Source: Candidatus Woesearchaeota archaeon (GTDB lineage Archaea; Nanobdellota; Nanobdellia; Woesearchaeales; JBBIVF01). From it: a stretch of DNA of 64,000 nucleotides. The stretch spans positions 1,842 through 65,841 of the forward strand of contig JBBIVF010000001.1 in the NCBI GenBank assembly GCA_037439845.1. The letters run 5' to 3'. Numbering within the stretch: position 1 is the first letter of the stretch; every line of letters begins with the position of its first letter. The notes under the pieces were generated by a model, which did no database searches, was not told where the DNA came from, and saw only the letters and a list, made by a program, of their open reading frames with translations. The translations under genes and the position numbers were made by a program. Below are positions 27,938-38,162 of this stretch, one piece after another.

Positions 27938-29487
27938 AAAAATAAAATTTTTATCAAAAAAATTATTATTCCTGCCAATATTGCATAAAGTATGCAGGGC
28001 AGAAGATTAAACCTGATTATTTTTCCTTCTTGGCCTTTCAAATTGACAACAGATGTTGCTGCAACAACATTATGTATAGCAATCATATTTCCTGCTGCAC
28101 CGCCTACTGTCTGCAATGCAAGAATAAGGAAGATAGGCATACCTAATAAAATTGCAGTGTGTTCTTGAAAAGAGGCAAAAAGCATGTTTGAGACAGTGTT
28201 ACTGCCTGCTATAAATGCTCCGAAAACTCCGATAAGAGGACTAATTAAAATGAACAATTGTCCTGACATTGCTGCTGCTGCCTTGGCAAGCACAACAGGC
28301 ATGCTCTCTAAACCTGAAAAATTTTTGCCTGAATATATAAGTAATTGCACTAAAGCAACAGCAAAAAAAAGCACAATAAAAGTGTAGAGTCCTTTTTTCA
28401 ATGTGATTTTGACTGCTCTTTTTGTCTCCTTTTTTGTTGCGTGGAATATTAATAATGATATTATTGCTACGAGAAGGAATATTATTCCAGGAGATAATAA
28501 AGGATAGAATGAATTTGAAACGCCAGAACCGAAGATATTATTCAGATTAATTGCAAGTTTTTTTAAAACAGGATTTATTTCTCTTATTCTTGTCAGGAAT
28601 AATAAGAGTGCTGCCAGTAGATATGGAAATATAGCAAAGAATGCTTTTTTTCTCTCTATTTTTATTTTTCTTATCTTAATCTTAGGCAAGAACCATTGTT
28701 GTTTTGCTGCATAGATGGTAATGATGAGGCCTATTATCCCGCCTAAAAAAGAGGGAAATTCAGGACCGATGAAAATTGCTATCAGCAGATATGGAACTAC
28801 AAAACTTGCACCTGAAAACAGGGCGAATTTCCATAATTCAAGGCCTTTTTTGAATGAATTATGCATGAATCTTGAGATTACACAAGAAACAAGCAATGGC
28901 ATGAATAATCCGATTATTGAATGAACCAATGCAATGTATATTGATATGTGCCTGAGATTTTGAAGAGATTGATCTGTTATTGTGGTGCCAAGGCCAATCA
29001 AGATAGGTGTGCCGATTGCTCCGAAACTTACTGCGACTGCATTACTTATTAATGCCACGATTACAGATGCTATTGCCGGTATTCCTAAGCCAACCATTAA
29101 TGGAGCTGCTAATGCTGCTGGTGTGCCAAAGCCTGCTGCTCCTTCAATGAATACGCCGAATGACCATGCTATTATTATCGCATAAACTCTTTTATCTTCA
29201 GATAATTGTTTGAATAATGAATCTATTACAGGCAGCATGTGCGTGTCTTTCAAGACTTCAAGCAAAAGTATTGCTCCAAGAACAATAAGAAGTATTTCAA
29301 AAGCAACAAACAAAGCTTTTAGTGCTGTTGCTGCTATTACTAATGAAATGACTTTCCAGAAAAAATAGCTTATGACTAAGGTAATAAGAAAAGTAATTGG
29401 CATTGCTTTTATAGCAGGCATTTTTAGGATAATAATAAGAAAAAGAAGTAACACAAAAGGTAGAAGGGCTAGCAATATTTCATACAT
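27934..29487 (-). CDS. Polytopic permease, L-lactate permease (LctP)-like
   Basis: 517 aa with about 13 helices. The N-terminus and Gly-rich helices resemble the LctP family. Confidence 0.5.
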   Translation of the reverse strand: MYEILLALLPFVLLLFLIIILKMPAIKAMPITFLITLVISYFFWKVISLVIAATALKALFVAFEILLIVLGAILLLEVLKDTHMLPVIDSLFKQLSEDKRVYAIIIAWSFGVFIEGAAGFGTPAALAAPLMVGLGIPAIASVIVALISNAVAVSFGAIGTPILIGLGTTITDQSLQNLRHISIYIALVHSIIGLFMPLLVSCVISRFMHNSFKKGLELWKFALFSGASFVVPYLLIAIFIGPEFPSFLGGIIGLIITIYAAKQQWFLPKIKIRKIKIERKKAFFAIFPYLLAALLLFLTRIREINPVLKKLAINLNNIFGSGVSNSFYPLLSPGIIFLLVAIISLLIFHATKKETKRAVKITLKKGLYTFIVLFFAVALVQLLIYSGKNFSGLESMPVVLAKAAAAMSGQLFILISPLIGVFGAFIAGSNTVSNMLFASFQEHTAILLGMPIFLILALQTVGGAAGNMIAIHNVVAATSVVNLKGQEGKIIRFNLLPCILYAILAGIIIFLIKILFF

Positions 29488-29571
29488 ATTTTTGTATTAT
29501 AATATATCATATTTAAAGATGTTGTTTGGGCTTGATTTAAGAATTGTATAAATAAGGCGGTTGTTATTAAT

Positions 29572-30096
29572 CTAAAACTTATAATTTTTCTTATTTATTT
29601 TCTTGAGAATAGGACAATCATTATCGTGCGCACCTGGAAGATAGCCGAGACTCATCAAAAATTCATTTACGATTTCAGGGCCTGTGAATCTGAATGTTTT
29701 TTTGAAAATTTTTATCCACTGGGCTTTGGTTTTTGGATGATGCATGTGGAGCCATGCCTTAAATGAGCCGTATTGTTTTTGGAGTTGCTTTATTTTTTTC
29801 GCATTATGTATTATTGCCTCTGTTTTAAGACGATTTCTTATTATTCCTGGATTTTTCATTAATTGCTCTATTTTTTTATCATTGAACCTTGCTACTTTTT
29901 GTATAGAGCTGAATTGTTTGTATATTTCTTTTTTCTTCTTTAAGACAGTATCAAAAGAAAGTCCTGCCTGGCTTATCTCCAATACCAAACGCCTGAAAAT
30001 ATCATCATCATCTTTTGGAGGAAAACCATGTTCTGTGTCGTGATGCTCTTTGTGATGATTATCACAGGCTCTAGCAAAACTACAATAAGATTTCAT
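29572..30096 (-). CDS. tag: DNA-3-methyladenine glycosylase I (Tag)
   Basis: EHGFPPKDDDDIFRRLVLEISQAGLSFDTVL...IIRNRLK...NAKK matches the Tag core. N-terminal C/H zinc ligands. Confidence 0.75.
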   Translation of the reverse strand: MKSYCSFARACDNHHKEHHDTEHGFPPKDDDDIFRRLVLEISQAGLSFDTVLKKKKEIYKQFSSIQKVARFNDKKIEQLMKNPGIIRNRLKTEAIIHNAKKIKQLQKQYGSFKAWLHMHHPKTKAQWIKIFKKTFRFTGPEIVNEFLMSLGYLPGAHDNDCPILKKINKKNYKF

Positions 30097-30218
30097 AATA
30101 TGAGGAAAAAAAGCGAAGATTTAAATATTTTTTCAAGATGTTTTGAGTTTGTTAGAATTATTTTTATGAACTATTTAGAATTATAGAATTATTTTAAATC
30201 AAAAATTTTAAATCAAAA

Positions 30219-31700
30219 TCATTTTTTGTATTTGTGGTACTTATCTACTTCTTTCTTTAGCCACTCTGGCCAGAATTTTTCCTCAATAGGATAAGAAGCG
30301 TCTAATGCTTGGTAAGAACATTTGCCGATAACATCTTTTATTGCTTCTAAAGAATTGTAGCGCACTTTTAACTCGTCATAGTTTACTTTTCTTGGAAGAG
30401 GTATGTCTTTTGTATTATTAAGCGTATCAATAATCATCTTTGCCACTGCCTCGTTTATTTCCTCTCTTGATTTAGAATAAGGGTTTTTGTTTTTTGAACG
30501 CTCTTTGTACTGCAAGTTCTAAAAGACACTCTTGACCTCTGTGCCATTCTTTAAATGAAGGAAAAAGCATAGGGCCATATGATATCCAAAATTCCAAGCT
30601 TTCTATGCCTGAGTTATACAAAGACCATATAGAGCCTCCTTCACTAACACTGCCCTTGACAATGCTATCATCACCCATAAGAACTCTTTTGCCTTGAACA
30701 ATAGAATCAATTGCTCCGAATTTCAGACCCACCTCGATACTGCGCTGGCGGGAATCCTGTTCTTGAAAAGTCCGGACTGCTTGCGCTTGCTTGATAAGGC
30801 CATATTCAACTTTTTGGTTCAGGGCTTTTGCTATTCCTCTAGTAACGCCTTTTCCTGAATCAGGATTATCTACTATGATATCTATTTCTGGCGCTCCATA
30901 GTAATCCACCAATTTCTTTCCGAGACCTGCCCTTATTTCTGCTATTGACATCTCTCCGAAATTTGAATTTGGATGACCGAAATAAACTGCCTGAAAGGCG
31001 TCTTTCAAGTTTAATGAATTTTCTAAAATGAAATTCTCTATTCCATTATGGTCTGCGATGATCATTTCTGCTCCTAGAAACTCTCTTTCAGCATAACCGC
31101 CTATTCTTCTATGAGAACAAGATTCTGAACTTATTACAAAAACATTGTTTATTTTTCCGAAACAAAAACGGCTCGAATCCTGTTTTATCTTTTATACCTA
31201 TGAGTTTTGTCTCTTTTCCGTCGTATATCAAGGCGAGCAATGCAAAAGTTGCTCTTCCTTTAAGTTTTTTTATAAAGTCGCAACCGACTTCTGGGTTAAT
31301 TTCTCCGTATTTTTTCTATGTATTTATGAAGCAATGCTCCGAGAATTTCTGTCTTAATTCTTTGTTTCAAAATTATAATCTTTTTTAAGCTCTTTTACTA
31401 GGTCATCGTGTTTTACAAGATAACCATCCATTGTAACTGCGATTTCAAATTTAGAATGTTTTTTCGGGTTTATTCTTATTGGTTCTGCATTGATTGGCGC
31501 AGGGTATTTGTTCTTTGTATAGCCCACATTTCCTATTGCTGCTATGGACTCTAGCTTTTGGAATATTCTTATTTTTCTTTCATCGATAACATTACCGATG
31601 AGACCCAGCCCTTTTTCCTACTCAATACCTTTGTTGTTGCCGACTGCAATCCCTGCGCAAGTTTTGCCTCTGTGCTGACACGCGCCTATTGCCAGAAAAA
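30219..31700 (-). pseudogene. purF: Multiply disrupted amidophosphoribosyltransferase (purF) remnant
   Basis: Minus-strand pieces in different frames: MDGVAGVYGKDENLVKKIFLAIGACQHRGKTCAGIAVGNNKGIE, then an in-frame TAG, then KGLGLIGNVIDE...IAAIGNVGYT...IAVTMDGYLVKHDDLVKELKK; a PRTase domain (IDIIVDNPDSG...RVLMGDDSIVKGS) in ORF 30472..31065; the C-terminus in ORF 30219..30515. Catalytic Cys1 is replaced by Asp and the HNGN motif is lost. Confidence 0.5.
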
Positions 31701-31754
31701 TTTTTTTTACAAGATTTTCATCTTTCCCGTAAACTCCTGCTACGCCATCCATTT

Positions 31755-32501
31755 TTAATCGTTTTCTACTCTAGGCGCAAGAATAAAAGACAATTGTAGT
31801 TTGTCAAGAACCGCATATTCAAGCTTCAATGGATAATTTGAATTGAATTGCAAAGTAATATTATTTGAGAGTTTTGAGGCATTAATCATCTTTTTGAGGT
31901 ATTCTATAGAAAATTTGGCCTTTATTGTCTCTTCTGTTTCTGAGTGGATTTTTATTTCCTCATTTGGCTCAAGCTCTATTTTCACATCAGAAAGATCGCC
32001 TTCTGCTTTGATAATAAATTTATCTGTTTCACCTACCAGAGAGACTGATTCAGCAACAACATCAACATCTTCAATTGCTTCATTGAAAACCATTGACGGA
32101 GCCTTGATTGTTATTGGAAAATTGAGTTCTGGTATCTTCTGCTCTTTCTCATCCATCTCTATTATAGGTATCTTAAATGTTCTTGTTGTATTTGATTTTA
32201 GCCTTATAACAAGCTTTGATGTTCCTTCCATCTCCAAGGTCAGCATATCATTAGGTTTTGCCCTTTTCAGGATTTGCTTGAGGTTTGTCAGGTTGAGCGC
32301 AATCTCTTCCTCATGCTCCAGTTTGAAATCAACAAAACAACTTGAGAAAAGCTTGAAAATCACCATTGCAACATTTGCAGGGTCCATTGCCACTAATTCT
32401 ATGCCGTTCTTGGAAATCTTAAATCTTGCCTCATTGACAAGCTCGGAAATAATTGAAATTGGATCCCTGAGATATTTTGGTTCTGCTAGTGTGAGTTTCA
32501 T
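31755..32501 (-). CDS. pcn: DNA polymerase sliding clamp PCNA
   Basis: 248 aa. MKLTLAEPKYLRDPISIISELVNEARFKISKNGIELVAMDPANVAMVIF is a typical PCNA N-terminus. Confidence 0.85.
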   Translation of the reverse strand: MKLTLAEPKYLRDPISIISELVNEARFKISKNGIELVAMDPANVAMVIFKLFSSCFVDFKLEHEEEIALNLTNLKQILKRAKPNDMLTLEMEGTSKLVIRLKSNTTRTFKIPIIEMDEKEQKIPELNFPITIKAPSMVFNEAIEDVDVVAESVSLVGETDKFIIKAEGDLSDVKIELEPNEEIKIHSETEETIKAKFSIEYLKKMINASKLSNNITLQFNSNYPLKLEYAVLDKLQLSFILAPRVEND

Positions 32502-32572
32502 TCTAAATCGCCCTTTTTTTATAACTTTTTTATAAAATTCTAATTAGGACAGTTCTATTTAAATTTTTGGAT

Positions 32573-33925
32573 TTAATGTTTAATAGGAAGATTGAAAATT
32601 AACCCATTATTAATGATAAAAATATTCTTATTTCTTTTATAACCCATCTGCTCTGCCAATTCAATAAAGTGTTCTGCCTTGTCTATTGTTGAATGAGAGG
32701 GTATCATTATCTTGGGTTTGAGCATTGAGATTATCTCTCTTAAATCCTCTCTTGATGCATGGCCTGAGACATGCATGTCTGTAAAAATCCTTACTCCTTG
32801 AGATTTTAAAAGATTATCTAATTTTTTCCTGTTAAGTATGTTATATTCAACTGGAATTATTTTTGATGAAAAAATCACTGCATCATTAGGTTTGAACTCG
32901 AAGTTAATGTTCTTGTTGGCGAGACCTGACAAGACAGACCCTGGTTCTGCTTGGTGGCCTGTTGTTATCAAGATATATTTCTCCCTGTCCAGATGCACTT
33001 TCTTTAATATTTTTAACATTTCTTTCTTATATCTTATTATCCTTACATGCTCGGGAATATGAATTAAGTTTAATGCGTGTGCCGCGGAAAGATATTTGTG
33101 CATAGACCTTCCAAGAATGAGAATTTTTCTGTTTTTTTTGTTCGCGAGATTAAGAATTGTTTTTATTCTTGCTATGTGAGATGCGAATGTTGTAAATATA
33201 ATTATACCTGCATCTTTCAAGGAAAGATATGCGTCTTCAAGAAGCTCTTCAACAACAGATTCAGAAGGAGTTGTGGATGTGATGTCGGCATAAAGAGAAT
33301 CTGCGATAAAAAGAATGACTTTTCCAGATTTTCCCAGTGCCTTTATTCTCTTTAAGTCAATACTCTGGCCTAAAAGAGGTTTTTGGTCTATTTTGAAATC
33401 ATTTGAATAAACAATTGAACCGTATTTTGTATGAATAGTGCAGAAGATAGTGTGGGGTGTTGAATGAGTTACAGGAATAAATTCTATTGTAATTTTGTCA
33501 GAAAGTTTCATTGATTTTCCTGGCCTTAATTCAATTATTGGTTTTTTTAGCCTTTTGTCCTCATCTTTCAATATTCTTTTAAGAACCTCTTTTGTGAATG
33601 GAGTGCAAATTACAGGTCCTTTTAATTTATTTGCCAGAAATGGTATTGCGCCGATATGGTCAAGATGCGCGTGGGTAGGTATTATCGCAATTATTTTGTC
33701 TTTCCAATTTTTAAGAAGTTCAAGGTCTGGTATGACTCCTGTCTTGGCAAGTTCATAGCTCGAGATCAGTTTTACCTCTTCATCTTCTGTGAGCTCAACA
33801 TATTTCTGCATGTTCAGGCCTAAATCAATTATAATCACCTCATCATCAACTCTTATTGCAGTACAATTGCGGCCTATTTCTCCATAACCGCCAAGAGGAA
33901 GTAGTTGTATTGCCATTTGTATCAA
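32573..33925 (-). CDS. Beta-CASP family metallo-beta-lactamase ribonuclease (aCPSF2 / RNase J-like)
   Basis: MBL motif IPTHAHLDHIGAIPF and N-terminal LGGYGEIGRNCTAIRV. beta-CASP architecture in 450 aa. Confidence 0.7.
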   Translation of the reverse strand: MIQMAIQLLPLGGYGEIGRNCTAIRVDDEVIIIDLGLNMQKYVELTEDEEVKLISSYELAKTGVIPDLELLKNWKDKIIAIIPTHAHLDHIGAIPFLANKLKGPVICTPFTKEVLKRILKDEDKRLKKPIIELRPGKSMKLSDKITIEFIPVTHSTPHTIFCTIHTKYGSIVYSNDFKIDQKPLLGQSIDLKRIKALGKSGKVILFIADSLYADITSTTPSESVVEELLEDAYLSLKDAGIIIFTTFASHIARIKTILNLANKKNRKILILGRSMHKYLSAAHALNLIHIPEHVRIIRYKKEMLKILKKVHLDREKYILITTGHQAEPGSVLSGLANKNINFEFKPNDAVIFSSKIIPVEYNILNRKKLDNLLKSQGVRIFTDMHVSGHASREDLREIISMLKPKIMIPSHSTIDKAEHFIELAEQMGYKRNKNIFIINNGLIFNLPIKH

Positions 33926-33946
33926 GTCCTTTATATTAAATATTAA

Positions 33947-34030
33947 ATGCAGGGGAAGGGATTCGAACCCTCGTAAGCACTAAGCTACTGGATCTTGAGT
34001 CCAGCCCGTTTGGCCACTCCGGCACCCCTG
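33947..34030 (-). tRNA. tRNA-Leu (anticodon CAA) with a long variable arm
   Basis: The reverse complement is GCAGGGGTGCCGGAGTGGCCAAACGGGCTGGACTCAAGATCCAGTAGCTTAGTGCTTACGAGGGTTCGAATCCCTTCCCCTGCA. It has a 7-bp acceptor stem, an anticodon stem CTGGA/TCCAG, the loop CTCAAGA, a GGTTCGAATCC T-loop and a variable arm. CCA is not encoded. Confidence 0.85.
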
Positions 34031-34106
34031 CAAAAAACTCAGACAAAAACTCAAATTAGCAAAGAGGTGGTCAGAGTATTTAAAAAAGTTACTGAGAATA
34101 AATGCT

Positions 34107-34559
34107 TTAAATCTTGAAAGTACTAAGTTTTGTTTCTATTTCTTTCAGGTCATCTTCTAATTTCTTTAGTTCATCTGTATCTCTTATTGGGCCTGCTTTT
34201 ATTATCTTTTTTGGCTCGGATATTTGCTGTGCTTTAGGTTTTTGTTCTTCTGTTTTAGGCACTTGCACTAATCTCGGGGCTTTTTTTGATGGCCTGATAA
34301 CTGTTTGAGGAAATGATTTGTTAAGATTGTCCATCAATATTCTTAGCTCATCAACAATCTTCTTAATCTGCACAACATTTGAATATTTCTCCACTCTCAA
34401 TTTTTTAATTTCTTCATAAAGTTGCAATGTTGTCAGTATTTTCTTTGAGGATTCAAGGATATTTCTCCTAAAATCAATAGGTGATTCTATACCCACATAA
34501 AACAATTCTTTGTCTTGCATTTTTTGAATCTTATTCTGTTTCTGGCTCGAACATTGCAC
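34107..34559 (-). CDS. Coiled-coil protein, member 3 of a tandem paralog triad
   Basis: 150 aa. The region FYVGIESPIDFRRNILESSKKILTTLQLYEEIKKLRVEK aligns with the domain shared by the two upstream genes. Overlaps the preceding gene by 29 nt. Confidence 0.4.
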   Translation of the reverse strand: MQCSSQKQNKIQKMQDKELFYVGIESPIDFRRNILESSKKILTTLQLYEEIKKLRVEKYSNVVQIKKIVDELRILMDNLNKSFPQTVIRPSKKAPRLVQVPKTEEQKPKAQQISEPKKIIKAGPIRDTDELKKLEDDLKEIETKLSTFKI

Positions 34560-34758
34560 GGTCTATCTCTTCAATTCTCTGCTCGACTTCCACGAGGTCT
34601 TGGCGCCATTTGTCAACTAAGGAGTCTTCTTTTCTCTTAAGCTCGTTAACATTGTCAATCAAATTCTTGGCCTTTATTATCTTTGCCTTGATAATATCCA
34701 TTACTTCGACAATCTGTTTATATTCTGAAATTTTAATGAAAACAGGCATTTTGTTCAT
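34531..34758 (-). CDS. Small coiled-coil protein, member 2 of the triad
   Basis: 75 aa. VFIKISEYKQIVEVMDIIKAKIIKAKNLIDNVNELK...IEEIDRAMFEP. Start overlaps the upstream stop (ATGA). Confidence 0.4.
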   Translation of the reverse strand: MNKMPVFIKISEYKQIVEVMDIIKAKIIKAKNLIDNVNELKRKEDSLVDKWRQDLVEVEQRIEEIDRAMFEPETE

Positions 34759-35342
34759 ATTAATTCACCTTTGAATATTGTCCTATCTATCAGCAATAGC
34801 TTTCTTTCTATCTCTTCTAATAATTCATGATAACTGCTGAAAACATTGTCCTGCAACACTTTAAGTTCTGCTAGATTCTTATTGAGTGCATTGCATTCCA
34901 TCAACCTTGACTTGGCATAATCAATATTTTGCAGGACTTGCCCGAAGTGTGATGTTCGTATGAACATGGGTTTTTCTATTCTGAATTTGTTATGAAGGCT
35001 AATTTTTATTTTCTCTTCATCTGTTATCTCCTGCTCTAACATTGATTTTAGTTTAGGTAGTTTATCAGGAACTTCATTATAGGAAAATTGCTTGATAGTA
35101 TTCTGCTTAATCTCTTGTTCTGGAGTTGTCATTTGTTCAGGTAACTTTTGTGATGAAAGTTGTTGTGACTGGCGTACTGATTCAAAAGAAGGGGGCATAT
35201 CCTTATCTTCAACATAATTAGGAACCGGATTAACAGCTATGTCCGATTGTAACTGACCTAAACTCGTATCTGGACCTATATTCGGAGGTTCTAAGTTAGG
35301 TTGTGGTATTTCTGGTTGCTCTTTTTTTTGAAAAATCGGCAT
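34755..35342 (-). CDS. Pro/Gln-rich N-terminus plus coiled-coil domain, member 1 of the triad
   Basis: 195 aa. The C-terminal MFIRTSHFGQVLQNIDYAKSRLMECNALNKNLAELK...IDRTIF is homologous to the 75-aa protein. Confidence 0.4.
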   Translation of the reverse strand: MPIFQKKEQPEIPQPNLEPPNIGPDTSLGQLQSDIAVNPVPNYVEDKDMPPSFESVRQSQQLSSQKLPEQMTTPEQEIKQNTIKQFSYNEVPDKLPKLKSMLEQEITDEEKIKISLHNKFRIEKPMFIRTSHFGQVLQNIDYAKSRLMECNALNKNLAELKVLQDNVFSSYHELLEEIERKLLLIDRTIFKGELI

Positions 35343-35413
35343 TATTCACCCCTAAGGCAAAACTCTTTATTTTTATATTAAAATATTTATAATCATTAAT
35401 AAGAAGTAAAAAC

Positions 35414-37615
35414 TTATTCTTTGTATTCTTTATTGAATATCTCGTAGAGTTCTTTGGCCTTTAATGGGCCTATCTTTGAAACTTTCTCAAGGTGCTCTGG
35501 TTTCGCATTTACTATCCTTGTTATTGTTTTGAACTCTTTCAAAAGAGGTTTTGACAACGCTGTTCCAATTCCTGGAAAACTTGAGACAATGAATTCCTGC
35601 TGTTCTTTGTATGACAAAGGCTTTGCAGAGTGGAGCTGTGGCTCTTTTTTTGTGTTCTCCTGCTCTCTCCGGATTATTGTCAAAAAAAAATTTGCTGTGT
35701 CTTGCCATGTTTTTAGTTGTATGATTGGTATCTGAAAATTTATTGTTATTGCTGATATCATTCCATATATTGAATTGGGATGTACTTTTCTTTGTGTGAA
35801 AATATTCTCTTCTCCTTGAATCACAAGAATTGGTTTCTCGAAATTCTTTTTTAGGTTATATATTTGGGTAAGAAGACGACCATCAATAATAGACTCTACA
35901 AAATCAGGCACTGTCTTGAACTCTACTCCCACTTTATCAGAAAGAATATAATCTCCGATATCTAATGTAGTCAGCTCAATTTTAATGTTGTTTTCTGCCA
36001 GAAATTTTATTATAGGAGATGCTTTTTCTCTTGTATCTATTTTAATAGAATACTCTTCTGAGGGAAGAAATGAATCTAGTTTTGTCTCTTTTTTTGCATC
36101 TTTTTTGTATAGCTTGAATTTGTTTTTAAGCTCTTCGAGAGTGCGGTGCATTCTTTTTTCTTTGTGATGGGCGCTCCATCTATAACTCACATCAAGAGTG
36201 CCTTCTGTGACAAGCACTTTAAGGATGCCTTTTTTGAATCTGGCTGTCCTGCCTCTTCTCTGGATTGTCCTGATAGCAGACGGCACTGGCTCGTAAAAGA
36301 TGACCTCATCAACTTCTGGAATATCCAGGCCTTCTTCTCCAACTGATGTAGAAACAAGCACGCGAAATGCATTTTTCCTGAAATCTTCAAGAATCTGTTT
36401 CTGCTCTTTCTGGGACATTCCTGTGTCTTTCTTTTTCTGTTGGCCCAAAAATATCTTTGAGGATATGCCTGCTGAGCTGAGCTCATCCACAACCTCGACA
36501 GCAGTGTCCCTGAATTGAGTAAATATTATTGCTTTTTGGACTTTTTTAAGGTCATTTTCTATAATCTCTTTAAGTTTTAGAAGTTTGGGGTGCTTGACAT
36601 TTGAATCTATCATATTTTTGGTGAGCCTTATTGCAGAGATGAAATTAGTGTCTTTCATTAGGTTTTGCACTGCCTTGACTTTTGTTTTTGGAGCTTCATC
36701 GAGCAATTTTTCAAAATAATTGTTTAATTGAGAAAGGCCTTGAGAGGAAAGAAGCTCATATGCATGAAGAATTTTGAGAATCTCAGCCAACAAGGATATT
36801 GTTTTCATAAGATTAGGATTGTATTTTTCTTTGCTTATTTCTGTATGGAGATTATTTTGTAATTGAATGATATCTGATTTTTTCAATGAACTGAATGTGA
36901 GATTGCAATATCCTAGCTGATTTGCCTCTGACAATTTCTCTTTTATGGCTGCATCAAGATATTCAGATATTTTTTTGAATGCAGGAGAAAGCTGAACCTT
37001 GACCCATTCTATTTCCAAAGGTTTTATGTATGGTTTTACGTCAGGATCTTTTTCTGTGCGTATTTCAAGCTCTTCAATTAGCAGGTTGTTGCAGACCTCT
37101 TTTATTTTTTCTATATCTGAGCCAGGAGATGCAGTAAGAGCAAGCACTCTCGGTCTAGTGGCTTGAGCATCATATTGCTTTGCAATGAATACATATGAAT
37201 AATCACCTACTGCCTTGTGGGCTTCATCGAATGCAATTAATGAAACATCTTTTAGTGATATTTTCTTTGATATTAAGTCATTTTCTACTCCTTGGGGTGT
37301 TGAAAATATTAGTTGAGATGAATTAAACAGCTCTTTTCTTTTTTCTGAAGGAACTTGGCCGGTCAGTAAAGAAAATTTGGTTTCGTCTATTTCTAGATGC
37401 TTTTTGAATGTCTTCATATGCTGTTCTATTAACGGCCTTGTGGGTGCAAGCACTAAAATTTTTGAATCAGGATATTGCTTAAGTCTGTGGGCTGCCATCA
37501 TCATCAGTATATTTGTTTTTCCTAATCCTGTTGGAAGCACGACAAGTGTATTATTAGAGACACAGGTAGAAAAGATTGTCTGCTGGTAGAGTCTTGGCGT
37601 AAAATCTTTTATCAT
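35414..37615 (-). CDS. hef: Hef helicase-nuclease (superfamily 2 helicase plus ERCC4/XPF nuclease plus HhH2)
   Basis: Walker A PTGLGKT and DEAH-like FDEAH. Helicase C motifs (QRRGRTAR). A C-terminal ERCC4 domain (TIDTREKASP...GDYILSD...GVEFK) and HhH (FPGIGTALSKPLL). Confidence 0.8.
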   Translation of the reverse strand: MIKDFTPRLYQQTIFSTCVSNNTLVVLPTGLGKTNILMMMAAHRLKQYPDSKILVLAPTRPLIEQHMKTFKKHLEIDETKFSLLTGQVPSEKRKELFNSSQLIFSTPQGVENDLISKKISLKDVSLIAFDEAHKAVGDYSYVFIAKQYDAQATRPRVLALTASPGSDIEKIKEVCNNLLIEELEIRTEKDPDVKPYIKPLEIEWVKVQLSPAFKKISEYLDAAIKEKLSEANQLGYCNLTFSSLKKSDIIQLQNNLHTEISKEKYNPNLMKTISLLAEILKILHAYELLSSQGLSQLNNYFEKLLDEAPKTKVKAVQNLMKDTNFISAIRLTKNMIDSNVKHPKLLKLKEIIENDLKKVQKAIIFTQFRDTAVEVVDELSSAGISSKIFLGQQKKKDTGMSQKEQKQILEDFRKNAFRVLVSTSVGEEGLDIPEVDEVIFYEPVPSAIRTIQRRGRTARFKKGILKVLVTEGTLDVSYRWSAHHKEKRMHRTLEELKNKFKLYKKDAKKETKLDSFLPSEEYSIKIDTREKASPIIKFLAENNIKIELTTLDIGDYILSDKVGVEFKTVPDFVESIIDGRLLTQIYNLKKNFEKPILVIQGEENIFTQRKVHPNSIYGMISAITINFQIPIIQLKTWQDTANFFLTIIRREQENTKKEPQLHSAKPLSYKEQQEFIVSSFPGIGTALSKPLLKEFKTITRIVNAKPEHLEKVSKIGPLKAKELYEIFNKEYKE

Positions 37616-37756
37616 TGTCTAAGAAGAGGGAATTTTGTTTAAATATGTTTAGCATAGTTGTCTAGTGGCAAGTGGTTTAAAGAAAGATAATTAGAATTTC
37701 GTTACTTTGAATTATAGAAAAAGTTTATTTAATTTATTAAAAAAAGTATTAAAAAT

Positions 37757-38044
37757 CTAGTCCTCATCTTCATGAGGGGCACTTGGCTCATCAGAGAAGC
37801 TTGGCATTGCGCTTCTGCTTATTATCATAATATCTCCAACTGACTTCACAAGCTGGTGCGGCACAAGCACTCCTTTTGCAGAGCCTAATACTTTGGCTAG
37901 ATAAGAGTTTTTTGTGGCTTTTATTCTCCAGCCAAACACCTTGTTTTTGCCGAGCTGAGCCTCTTCAACATCACCAAAATATTCGCCGCTATCAGTGAAT
38001 ACTCTCATATCATATATTTCAGAAATTCTTTTCATCTTGAGCAT
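37757..38044 (-). CDS. PRC-barrel domain protein
   Basis: 95 aa. MRVFTDSGEYFGDVEEAQL...GVLVPHQLVKSVGDIMIIS. Confidence 0.45.
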   Translation of the reverse strand: MLKMKRISEIYDMRVFTDSGEYFGDVEEAQLGKNKVFGWRIKATKNSYLAKVLGSAKGVLVPHQLVKSVGDIMIISRSAMPSFSDEPSAPHEDED

Positions 38045-38162
38045 AATCTATCCCTCCGATTTATTATGATGATAAAAAACAAGAAAAACTTATATATAAA
38101 CTTATCCTTTTTAAATACAACATCATTAAACCTTTTAAAGCAAAAAAATTAATCTGTGAACA

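Noticed and set aside
31560-31700. In-frame TAG inside the purF-like reading frame considered as stop-codon recoding
   Set aside because: TAG is not recoded elsewhere in the window, and the same gene has additional frame breaks and lost catalytic residues. Pseudogenisation is the simpler explanation.
31843-32535. 230-aa plus-strand ORF overlapping PCNA
   Set aside because: It is Ser/Ile-rich low-complexity translation of the PCNA antisense strand, and PCNA is unambiguously the real gene.
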